Source of the DNA: Pristiophorus japonicus
Taxonomy: Eukaryota
Reading direction: 5' to 3'
DNA length: 64,000 nucleotides
Assembly (NCBI RefSeq): GCF_044704955.1
Contig: NC_091989.1
Span: 124,744,001-124,808,000, forward strand
Part shown: in pieces, positions 1 to 11,252 of the stretch
Numbering within the stretch: the stretch's first letter is position 1
Layout: each line of letters begins with the position of its first letter
Position numbers and translations under genes: made by a program
The notes under the pieces: generated by a model
Seen by the model: the letters and a program-made list of their open reading frames with translations, nothing else
Database searches by the model: none
Told to the model about the DNA's origin: nothing

Positions 1-1671
1 TGCCATATCACATACAGAATGAGAAATAAAGGGGCAAAGAAAGGTTAGATTAAGAGAGGGAAAAAAAGAGGCAGAAACGAAAAGTTAAAAAAAATTAAAT
101 AACATTTTAAAGATTTCTAACAACAATTAGAACCTGAAGGAATGAGAATCCATACATGTACTAGTTAATTTTCAGTGCCAGAGAGGTTGATTAGCAATAA
201 TTGACAATTATCATTTTGTTTAAAGGGTACTTACACTTGAAAGTACAAGACTTAATTGTCTGTGGCGAATTTAATTCGTGTCCACCACACAGAGGGCTCA
301 ATTTTCCCCAAAGCTTTTTTTTTGCATACTTGAAGAGTTACGCCCGTTTTCGGAGGCCCAAGTACGCCAAAAAAACAAGTTCTAAGTTTCCCCGTTTGAT
401 TTCTTCATTTTGGCGCAGCCTAACCTGTCCTTTAGATTTGGGGGTGGAGCCTTGATCTGCGCCAAAAAGATCGGGTTGCCACAGTAACCAGGGACACAAT
501 GCAAGCTGAGGCTGGAAAGTGAAGCATACAGCCAGCTCACAACACATTAAAACATATTGTATCAACTTAAAAACACGTTAAAATATATTGCAGCAACTTA
601 CCTCCAAAGTTATACTCCACACCCCCCACCCCTTCCTAATGCTGGTGCCAGTCCTAACCCCTATCCCTGGCAAAGGGCCTCCCGGTCTGCTTCCCCCACC
701 CGCCCCGAGCCCCTTACCAGTGCCGATCCAGCTCCAGCTCCCCCGCTCCCCCCCAGCCCCGAATGCTTTGCTGGTCCCACTCCCCACTCCCCCAGCCCTG
801 AGTGCCTTGCTAGTCCCGTTCCTAGCCCAGGCCGAATGGCCTCCTGGTCTGCTCCCCCGCCTCTATCCCAGGCTGAATGGCCTCCTGGTCTGTACCCCTT
901 CCTCTATCCCAGGCCGAATGGCATCCTCCCTCCTGGTCTCCGCACCTATCTACATCCAAAAGGCTTCCCCCTACCCTCCCTCGCTCTCTCCCCCCACCCC
1001 CCCTCCCCCCATCCCCTCTCTCTCTCCCCTCCCATCCCCTCTCTCTCTCTCTCTCTCCCCTCAACCCACATCTCCCTCCCACTACCTCTCACCTTTCCAG
1101 CTGCTGCTGTCCGGGCATCTGCTCCACTTACCTGCGTCAATTTCCTTACCTGCGCCAATTTCTTTAACTCTCCAGAAGGTTTTTCTGCAGAGGCCACATA
1201 CGCTGGCCTAAGCAGAACTGGAGTAACTCTCAGCTGGCCAAACTTGCCTAAATGGCCAGAATTGGCATGGGTGGCAGGTTACGCCACCTTTGGCTGAAAA
1301 TAAAACGTACCTCAAAAAAAATCATAATTAACTGAGTTACGCTGGTGCAAATTGATTGGGAAAACTGTGGTTTTTTAACAGGCCACAAAAAAGCAACCTG
1401 CTCAAAAAAAATGGCACAAATCACTGGGAAAAATTGAGCCCAAAGACAGCAGCAACTTCACACCATTCAGTGCAATTCAATGGTGAGGGAGACAGCGAAA
1501 TGCAGTTTTCATGAAGCTAATGGCGGAACAGCGCATTTCAGACAACAAATTTTGGGTTTGGCCATTTAATCGCACATCTGCACACCTCGTTGGAACTGCT
1601 GTACGATTTATGCTTAAATAATGGTGAGCGCCATTAGTCTCACCGCTATTTTGACAGCAAAATGTGTGACA
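1..1671. mobile_element. Old non-autonomous DNA-transposon-like repeat (left end outside window), split by the MITE at 294-1441
   Basis: 1-293 and 1442-1671 align collinearly with the uninterrupted copy at about 62445-62952 (e.g. aacctgaaggaatgaga; caccattcagtgcaattcaatggtgag vs cgccattcaatgcatttcaatggtgag). Confidence 0.7.
294..1441. mobile_element. PIF/Harbinger-type MITE
   Basis: TIRs GGGCTCAATTTTCCCCA (294) and TGGGAAAAATTGAGCCC (ends 1441); flanks aga/aaa; C/T-rich low-complexity interior with three copies of cccaggc(c/t)gaatggc; the right end matches the transposase-bearing element starting at 43664. Confidence 0.85.
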
Positions 1672-3409
1672 ACTTTGACTCCTTCACCTGCTTTTCATCA
1701 TGTCCCCTAATTGGCCAGTTTATTTGGTCGCCTATAACAAGTTGATTAATAGAACTCATTGATTGAAACAAGTTCAATTCATAATAAAAATTGCAATTAG
1801 TTTATTTTCATTGGAAGTTTGTTGTTAACTAAAATGATTGTGTTTTTCTCAATTAAATTAAAATTAATTTCCTGAGGATACAAAGTAAAACGAGATTAAA
1901 CTTTGAGATAAATAGATGAAACAAACGGAAATTTGAATCAGGACTAAAGCATTAAGTCAGAAGTGCACAGGTTTTGGAACAGATGCTGGAAAATGAAACG
2001 GATGACTGAACAAAATTTTACTTGGAATTCAAGCCCCAGATTATTATTTTTGCAACATTTCCTGTGCCTACTGAGCTGTGTGAGAAGGGAAAGAACAATG
2101 ATGACATTCTGAGGAGCCTAGAAAATATAGAAAACAGAAAAGAAATTGACTAAAGATCCCCCCCTCAGTCTAAAACTAAGAACAAAAGACCAGATTAAAA
2201 ATGGGGCTAAACTTCTTCCAAAGATGATGAATAAAAATAAGACTTAAAGCAAGAGACCCAGTGACAAAGATGATGACAACACCTTGCAGGTATAAAATGT
2301 TCACACTTGGAAGAACATTTCAGAGAACTTTACAGGGGAACCAGGAGGACCCAAACTGAAGATGGGAGGGAAAGAAGTGGGGGTAAGGCGTGGGTGGGGT
2401 GGGTAGGAAAAGAAACAAAAGTATAGTTAAGAACTAGATTTTAAGGAAGCTTCTTGAGGTCGACTCAGTTACAATATGGGTGTAATACAAGTGTTGTACG
2501 TGACTTCCAATCACTTCATTATTTGACAACTCACAATAAGCTATTGGTTCTGGCACATTATTGTTCTGTAGTAAGTTACATTTGAAATTATTTTATGCAC
2601 AAAGTAGTCATTTGTCTATGTGGCAAAAGTGATGCAATTTTGTCAGTGATAGGATTATTTATTGGGTTCTTTCTGGCCAGGCACAGTACACACAGGGTTA
2701 AAAAATAAGTTGGGTTGATTTGTCAGTCTGCAGAAAATGTGCGTCTCAGTCTGGTATGCCAAGGTCATTACTATACATCTGTAGTTTGGTCCCCATGGAA
2801 GAAAATATGTTGAAATGTGTTAACATTTGTGAAATGCACAGCTCTCAGTACTATTCTACCCCTGCAGTGCCCCTAGTAGTTGCTGGGAAAGTGTTAATTT
2901 CCTGCAATCATAAGCTATTCAAATTGTTTAAAATAGATTAAAGGGTTTCCCAGAAAGTTATTCAATGTAAACTTCCTATCTAATTGACACCATGGGGATA
3001 TTGAAGGCTTGTGCCAGGTTCAAGAGAGAAGCATGACTATTTTTATTTTTAATTCTTCTGACAGACAGCTTTGTAGCCAACATCTACTGGTATGTTTGGC
3101 ATCACGGACTCATCGGTTAGTCTGAATCAATCATGATATAAACCTCATCAGATGATGTGGTCATGAATAGCCACATAAGTAGTAAGTAACTATATTGAAG
3201 GATAGCTTTGAGTTGAGAGTTGCTGCTTTTGACATTTTAAAGTTGTTTGTAAAAATTGTACATACTGAGCATTGTTCTGTTACCTGTTTAATGTTAAATA
3301 AATGTGTCTGCTAGTTTATAGCACAAGCCACAATCTGGTAGACCTTCTATACTTCAACCAATCAAAGTCAAGATATTCTGGTGGCTCGAACTATAACCCA
3401 TAAGCCAGG

Positions 3410-3613
3410 TGTCATGCATGTATTTTTGGGATCACTAGCCACTAGATGGCGTCACTGTTGGAGGCCATTGGGCTGCACGCACGTGTGTGCAGCCCAAGTA
3501 TAAAGGGACAGCATTTTTGTATATTAGTCACTTTGGGCCTTATAAAGCAGAGCCAAGGTCATGCCTCTTGCAGTCAAACAGTACTCAGTCCATCAGTTAT
3601 TGCATACACAATA
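3410..3613 (+). repeat. 5' LTR of Gypsy A
   Basis: TG start, 204 bp, direct repeat of 10573-10776 (roughly 10% diverged by eye); TATAAA at 3499. Confidence 0.95.
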
Positions 3614-3650
3614 TTTGGTGACGAGGCAACAAGAACCTTTGCATGAAAAA

Positions 3651-6600
3651 ATGAGCACCATTGGATTGTTAGAGCAATTTGTGGAAGGAGAAGATTGGGC
3701 AGACTTTGTGAGTCATTTGAGCCAGTTCTTCATGGACAAGAAAAAGGAGGAGGTCGGCGACGCAGATCGGCGCCGGGCGGTGTTCCTCATGGTGCGCGGT
3801 CCAAAAATTTATGGTCTGATAAAGAATCTACCTCTGCCTGCAGAGAAGACGTATGAAGAATTGTGTACACTGGTACAGGACCACCTTAAGCCAGATGAAG
3901 GTATCATCATCTTGAGACACAGATTTTACACGCATGTTTGCTCAGAGGGCCAGAATGCGACGGAATTCGTTGCCGACCTGAGACGTTTAGCGGGACCATG
4001 TAAGTTTGGGGGACTTCTTTGTAATCGGCATCAACCACGAGGTGATCCTGCGTAAACTACCGGCGGTGGAGACGTTGGACTTGAACAGGGCCATCACGAT
4101 CGTTCAGTCATATATGATGACGAATAGAAATCTAAAGCAGATATCAGTGAAAAATCAAAACTCGGCAAGTACTGTAATATGATTGATTCGGTGTTTGGCA
4201 GAGCGGCAGATGGCAGGGCCTACCCGACTGCGTACCCGAAACCTGTGGCTGCCCAAAGTCTGCCAGCAGGAATGTATCCGATTTCATCGTGTTGGCGTTG
4301 TGGGGAAATCACCAGCACCAGCAGTGCCGATTTAAGCAATATAGTTGCAAAGGCTATCTAAGAGTGGGGCATCTCCAGCGCAAGTGTCCGCAGATGAGCA
4401 AGCGTGCTACGACACACCACGTGGAGGATGATGGTCATACTAGCGCAGATCTGGATACGCAATCTGAGATACCAGAGGAGGAGGTTTATGGACTGTACTC
4501 ATTCCTAATTAAGAGCAAATCGATAATGATCAACGTGAAATTTAATGGGGTGCCGGTATCGATGGAACTGGACACAGGGGCGAGTCAATCGATAATGAGC
4601 CAGAAGGTATTCGACAAGCTGTGGGATACTAAGGCTGTGAGGCCCAGGCTGAGTTCAGTCAATGCCAAGTTGCGCACGTACACCAATGAACTCATAACGG
4701 TGATTGGCAGTGCCACAATTAAAGTGTCGTATGATGGTGCGGTTCACGAGTTACCACTATGGATTGTCCCAAGCAATGGCCCAATGCTTTTCGGCAGGAA
4801 AAGGCTTGAAAAAATCAGATGCGATTGGAACGACATCAAGATGTTGTCGTCGGAGAAAGATACATGTGCCCAAGTACTGAGCAAGTTCCCCTCACTGTTT
4901 GAACTAGGCATCGGCAACTTCACAGGAGCCAAGATGCAGATCCATGTGGACTCAGATGCAAGACCCGTCCATCGTAAAGCTCGGGCAGTTCCGTATATGA
5001 TGAGGGAGGTCGTCAAAATTGAACTGGACAGACTCCAGCATGAAGGGATCGTATCACTGGTTGAATTTAATGAATGGGCCAGCCCCACTGTTCCTGTGCT
5101 GAAAAGTGATGGCACAGTCAGAATCTGTAGAGACCACAAGGTTACGATCAACAGGGTTTCGAAACAGTATCAGGTTACCGAAGGCTGATGACTTGTTTGC
5201 AACGCTAGCCGGGAGGAAGTCCTTTACCAAACTGGACTTGACGTCAGCCTACATGACACAGGAGCTGGTCGAGATGTCGAAGAGACTTACGTGCATTAAC
5301 ACGCATAAAAGACTGTTTATTTATCATAGGTGCCCTTTTGGAATTCGCTCGGCTGCAGCAATATTTCAGAGGAACATGGAGAGTCTACTGAAGTCCGTTC
5401 CCAGAACCGTCGTGTTCCAAGATGACATCCTGATCACAGGAACATCTGAACAACCTGGAAGAGGTCCTACATCGTCTGGACAAAGTGGGACTCAGACTGA
5501 AACACTCGAAGTGCGTCTTCATGGCACCAGAGGTCGAATTCCTGGGGAGGAAAATTGCTGCTGATGGCATCAGGCCCATGGACGCGAAAACCAGGGCCAT
5601 CAAGAATGCACCCAAGCCGCAGAATTTGACGGAGCTGCATTCAGTCCTGGGTCTACTTAACTACTTCGGTAACTTCCTACCTAAATTGAGCACCTTATTG
5701 TAACCACTGCACATGCTGCTAAGAAAAGGCGACAACTGGGCGTGGGGTGCGTCTCAAGACAGAGCTTTTGAGAAAGCCACTAATCTGCTTTGCTCTAACA
5801 AGCTGCTGATACATTATGACCTATGTAAATATTTAGCAGTGGCTTGTGATGCTTCGTCACATGGAATTGGTTGCGTACTCCAACAAGCTAATGAGTCGGG
5901 TAAACTTCAACCAGTCACGTATGCTTCAAAAAGTTTGTCGAAAGCGGAAAGAGCCCACAACATGTAAGAGAAAGAAGCACTAGCCTGTGTGTATGGGGTT
6001 AAAAAGATGCATCAGTACCTTTTTGTTCTTCGATTTGAATTGGAGACAGATCACAAGCTGCTCATTTCACTGTTCTCTGAAAACAAAGGTATCAATACCA
6101 GTGCTTCATCCCGCATCCAGACGTGGGCGCTGACATTATCCACTTATGATTACGTCATTCGCCATAGACCTGGCACCGAGAATTGTGCCGATGCTTTGAG
6201 CTGTCTGCCGTTGCCCACACCGGAGGTGGAAACGCCACAACCAGCGGACCTATTGTTAGTTATGGATGCTTTTGAGAGTGAAGGAACTCCTGTCACAGCT
6301 CAACAAGTTAAGGCCTGGACTAGCCAGGACCCGATTTTATCGGTGGGGAAGAGTTGCATCCTCAAAGGTGATTGGTCTGTCATACCCAAGCAAATGTGCG
6401 AGGAGCCCAAACCTTACATTTGTCGCAAAGACAAACTGTCTATTCAGTCGATTGTATACTGTGGGGCAATCGTGTTGTTGTGCCCAAGAAAGGGAGAGAG
6501 AAATTTGTACGTGAGCTACGTAGCACACATCCCGGCATTATAATGATGAAAGCCATCGCCAGGTCTCATGTATGGTGGCCGGGAATTGATTCTGAGCCAG

Positions 6601-9600
6601 AATCATGTGTGCATCAGTGCAACACTTGCATGGAGTTCAGCAAAGCACCAGCGGAATCGTCGCTGAGTCTGTGGTCGTGGCCGTCCAAACCGTGGTCCAG
6701 GGTCAAAACTAAAAATCATGGTTTAAAAACTAGTATTAAAACACTCTACCTAAACGCACGCAGCATTTGAAATAAAGTAAATGAGTTGACGGCATAAATC
6801 ATTACAAATGGGTATGATTTGGTGGCCATTACAGAAACGTGGTTGCAGGGTGGCCAAGACTGGGAATTAAACATACAGGGGTATCTGACAATTCGGAAAG
6901 ATAGACAAGAAGGGAAAGGAGGTGGGGTAGCTCTGTTAATAAAGGATGATATCAGGGCAGTCGTGAGAGACGATATTGGCTCTAATGAACAAAATGTTGA
7001 ATCATTGTGGGTGGAGATTAGAGATAGTAAGGGGAAAAAGTCACTGGTGGGCATAGTTTATAGGCCCCCAAATAATAACTTCACGGTGGGGCGGGCAATA
7101 ATCAAGGGAATAATGGAGGCATGTGAAAAAGGAATGGCAGTAATCATGGGGGATTTTAACCTACATATCGATTGGTCAATTCAAATCGCACGGGGTAGCC
7201 TTGAGGAGGAATTCATAGAATGCATACGGGATTGTTTCTTAGAACAGTATGTTACAGAACCTACAAGGGAGCAAGCTATCTTAGATCTGGTCCTGTATAA
7301 TGAGACAGGAATAATAAACAATCTCCTAGTAAAAGATCCTCTCGGAATGAGTGATCACAGTATGGTTGAATTTATAATACAGATTGAGGGTGAGGAAGTA
7401 GTGTCTCAAACTAGCGTACTATGCTTAAACAAAGGGGACTACAGTGGGATGAGGGCAGAGTTGGCTAAAGTAGACTGGGAACACAGACTAAACGGTGGCA
7501 CAATTGAGGAACAGTGGAGGACTTTTAAGGAGCTCTTTCATAGTGCTCAACAAAAATATATTCCAGTGAAAAAGAAGGGCAGTAAGAGAAGGGATAACCA
7601 GCCGTGGATAACCAAGGAAATAAAGGAGAGTATCAAATTAAAAACCAATGCGTATAAGGTGGCCAAGGTTAGTGGTAAACTAGAAGATTGGGAAAATTTT
7701 AAACGACAGCAAAGTATGACTAAGAAAGCGATAAAGAAAGGAAAGATAGATTACGAAAGTAAAATTGCGCAAAACATTAAAACAGATAGTAAAAGCTTTT
7801 ACCGATATATAAAACAGAAAAGAGTGACTAAAGTAAATGTTGATCCCTTAGAAGATGAGAAGGGGGATTTAATAATGGGAAATGTGGAAATGGCTGAGAC
7901 CTTAAACAATTATTTTGCTTCGGTCTTCACAGTGGAAGACACAAAAACCATGCCAAAAATTGCTGGTCACGGGAATGTGGTAAGGTTGGACCTTGAGACA
8001 ATCACTATCACTAGGGGATAGTGCTGGACAGGCTAATGGGACTCAAGGTAGACAAGTCCCCTGGTCCTGATGAAATGCATCCCGGAGTATTAAAAGAGAT
8101 GGCGGAAGTTATAACAGATGCATTCGTTATAATCTACCAAAATTCTCTGGACTCTGGGGAGGTACCAGCGGATTGGAAAGCAGCTAATGTAATGCCTCTG
8201 TTTAAAAAAGGGGGCAGACAAAAGGCAGGTAACTATAGGCCAGTTAGTTTAACATTTGTAGTGGGGAAAATGCTTGAAGCTATCATTAAGGAAGAAATAG
8301 CGGGACATCTAGATAGGAATAGTGCAATCAAGCAGACGCAACATGGATTCATGAAGGGGAAATCATGTTTAACTAATTTACTGGAATTCTTTGAGGATGG
8401 TGGATAGAGGTGTACCAATGGATGTGGTGTATTTAGATTTCCAAAAGGCATTCGATAAGGTGCCACACAAAAGGTTACTGCAGAAGATAAAGTCAGAGGA
8501 AATGTATTCGCATGGATCAAGAATTGGCTGGCTAACAGAAAGCAGAGAGTCGGGATAAATGGGTCCTTTTCGGGTTGGAAATCAGTGGTTAGTGGTGCTG
8601 GGTCCACAACTGTTTACAATATACATAGATGATCTGGAAGAGGGGACGGAGTGTAGTGTAACAAAATTTGCAGATGACACAAAGATTAGTGGGAAAGCGG
8701 GTTGTGTAGAGGACACAGAGAGGCTGCAAAGAGATTTAGATAGGTTAAGCAAATGGGCTAAGGTTTGGCAGTTGGAATACAATGTCGGAAAATGTGAGGT
8801 CATCCACCTTGGAAAAAAAAACAGTAAAAGGGGAGAAATTATTTGAATGGGGAGAAATTACAACATGCTGCGGTGCAGAGGGACCTGGGGGTCCTTGTGC
8901 ATGAATCCCAAAAAGTTAGTTTACAGGTGCAGCAGGTAATCAGGAAGGCGAATGGAATGTTGGCCTTCATTTCGAGAGGGATGGAGTACAAAAGCAGGGA
9001 GGTCCTACTACAACTGTACAGGTATTGGTGAGGCTGCACCTGGAGTACTGCGTGCAGTTTTGGTCACCTTACTTAAGGAACGATATACTAGCTTTGGAGG
9101 GGGTACAGAAACGATTCACTAGGCTGATTCCGGAGATGAGGAGGTTACCTTATGGTGATAGATTGAGTAGACTCGGTCTTTACTTGTTGGAGCTCAGAAG
9201 GATGAGGGGTGATCTTATAGAAACATTTAAAATAATGAAAGGGATAGACATGATAGAGGCAGAGAAGTTGTTTCCACTGGTTGGGGAGACTAGAACTAGG
9301 GGGCGCAGCCACAAAATACGGGGGAGCCAATTTAAAACCGAGTTGAGAAGGAATTTCTTCTCCCAGAGGGTTGTGAATCTGTGGAATTCTCTGCCCAAGG
9401 AAGCAGTTGAGGCTAGCTCATTCAGTGTATTCAAATCACAGATAGATAGATTTTTAACCAATAAGGGAATTAAGGGTTATGGGGAGTAGGTGGTTAAGTA
9501 GAGCTGAGTCCACGGCCAGATCAGCCATGATCTTGTTGAATGGCGGAGCAGGCTCAAGGGGCTAGATGGCCTACTCCTGTTCCTAATTCTTATGTTCTTA

Positions 9601-10541
9601 TGTTCTTATCCACATAGACTTTGCAGGTCCCTTCCTGGGGAAGATGTTTTTAGTTGTGGTGGATGCATATTCTAAGTGGATAGAGTGTATAATCATGTCA
9701 TCCAGCACAATCACAGCTACCATTGAGAATCTCAGTGTTATGTTCACGACACATGGTCTGCCTGACATCGTTGTTAGCGAAAACGGATCGTGCTTCACCA
9801 GTCAGGAGTTTCAAGAGTTCATGAAACTCAATGGTATCAAACATGTATGGTCAGCACCATTCAAACCTGCATCCAATGGGCAAGCAGAATATGCTGTCCA
9901 AATCATAAAGCCGAGAATGAAGCGAGCAACCCAAGGGTCACTGCAGACAGCTTGTCATGCATACTGCTTAGTTATAGGACAAGACCACACACGCTTACCG
10001 GGGTCTCACCTGCTGAACTAATTATGAAGAGAGGTCTTAAGATCAAGCTATCTTTTGCACACCCTGACTTGAATAATCATGTTGAATATAGAAGACAAAG
10101 TCAGTTGTGTCACGCGATATTTCTGTAAATTATCCTGTATATGTTCTGAATTATGGTCAGAGTCCCAAGTGAATCGCTGGTACTGTCATGGCCAAGGAAG
10201 GCAACAGAGTATTTATTGTCAAGCCCAAAAATGGACATACATGCAGGAAATATAGGGATCAGACAAAGCAGTGGCACACAGATGAACCGGAATAGTCGGA
10301 GGAAGAGACAATAGATGACCAATCATCAGATGACTCAGTGGTCATCAGTGAATCGGGACTTTCAATCATTGACATGTTGAATGAAAATGGACTTTCAATC
10401 CCTGACATGGGCATTGCCACTCCCACCAGGTCAACCACCCAGCCACCAGTCACAACAGACTCTGAATACTCACCCAAGATTGGAATTGAATTGAGATGGT
10501 CAACCCGGGAGCGTAAAACACCGGACCGTCTTAATTTGTAA
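3651..10541 (+). pseudogene. Disrupted gag-pol of Gypsy A (interrupted 6702-9607)
   Basis: ORF fragments MSTIGLLEQFVEGEDW..., CCHC-like knuckles, MELDTGASQS, LDLTSAY...FQDD, CDASSHG, HPGI...CNTC, VVVDAYSKW; many stops and frameshifts. Confidence 0.9.
6702..9607 (+). mobile_element. CR1 LINE, near-complete ORF2 (APE endonuclease + RT), decayed
   Basis: LYLNARSI...AITETWL...GDFN...SDH endonuclease motifs; RT motifs QHGF and FADDTK; 3' tail (TTCTTATG)n; splits the Gypsy integrase between PWSR and IHIDFAG. Confidence 0.95.
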
Positions 10542-10572
10542 AAGACTGTGTTAATATCTCAGAGGGGGTTAT

Positions 10573-10776
10573 TGTCATGTATGTACTTTTGGGATCACTA
10601 GCCATTAGATAGTGTCACTGTTGGAGGCCATTGGGTTACACGCACGTGTGTGCAGCCCAAGTATAAAAGGCCAGCCATTTTGTATATTAGTCACTTTGGG
10701 CTTTAATAAAGCAGCCCAAGGTCATACCTCTTGGCGTTAAACAGTACTCAGTCCAACAGTTATTGCATACACAACA
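10573..10776 (+). repeat. 3' LTR of Gypsy A
   Basis: TG...CA, preceded by PPT, followed by TSD CCAGG; AATAAA inside. Confidence 0.95.
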
Positions 10777-11252
10777 CCAGGGTACAGTGGTAACGATTTT
10801 CTGTGTAACCCCTGAGCTTGCTAAATTTATCTGGATATTGCTGGACTCTAGTTCAGAGTAGATTTATGGAATTGAACAGGAACACTAAACCCAAGGAATA
10901 TAATATAATTATGCAACAGTTTGGCATAACAATCAGAAACAACACCTAGAAATAGTATTTTTAGAGGTTTCCTTTTTCCTGTTACATTCATTAGAAAATT
11001 ACTTTTGCTACCTTTGGAGTTATTTTATGTGGGTTAAAATAACAGACATTGTTTAGGAGAGACAGGAAAGGTAAATCTTTAACTGGATAACTAAACAGGT
11101 AGCAATATTGTGAATAAGTTTCTCATATTGGTTTTCCCTTCTGTGGATAAAGTCAACTGAAAAAAAGCCAGTAAAAAAAATAATAATAGTGTTTGGCAGG
11201 AATGCGATTCCCGTTGGGTTTGGGGCCCTACATCAATAAAGTCAAGATTGTT

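Larger units (their letters stand above)
3410..10776 (+). mobile_element. Gypsy (Mag-like) LTR retrotransposon A, full length, decayed, with a CR1 inserted in the integrase
   Basis: LTRs 3410-3613 and 10573-10776; 5-bp TSD CCAGG (3405-3409 / 10777-10781); PBS TGGTGACGAGG at 3616 (complement of tRNA-Ser(GCU) 3' end, one mismatch); PPT AGAGGGGG at 10561; gag, protease ELDTGAS, RT FQDD, RNase H and integrase in Gypsy order. Confidence 0.95.

Noticed and set aside
557-1297. Pro/Ser/Leu-rich 246-aa and 207-aa ORFs
   Set aside because: They lie inside a MITE and are open only because of C/T-rich low-complexity sequence; no domain motifs.
2290-2382. Possible plus-strand exon between cttgcag and gtaagg
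   Set aside because: Poor pyrimidine tract and unrecognisable peptide; not supportable.
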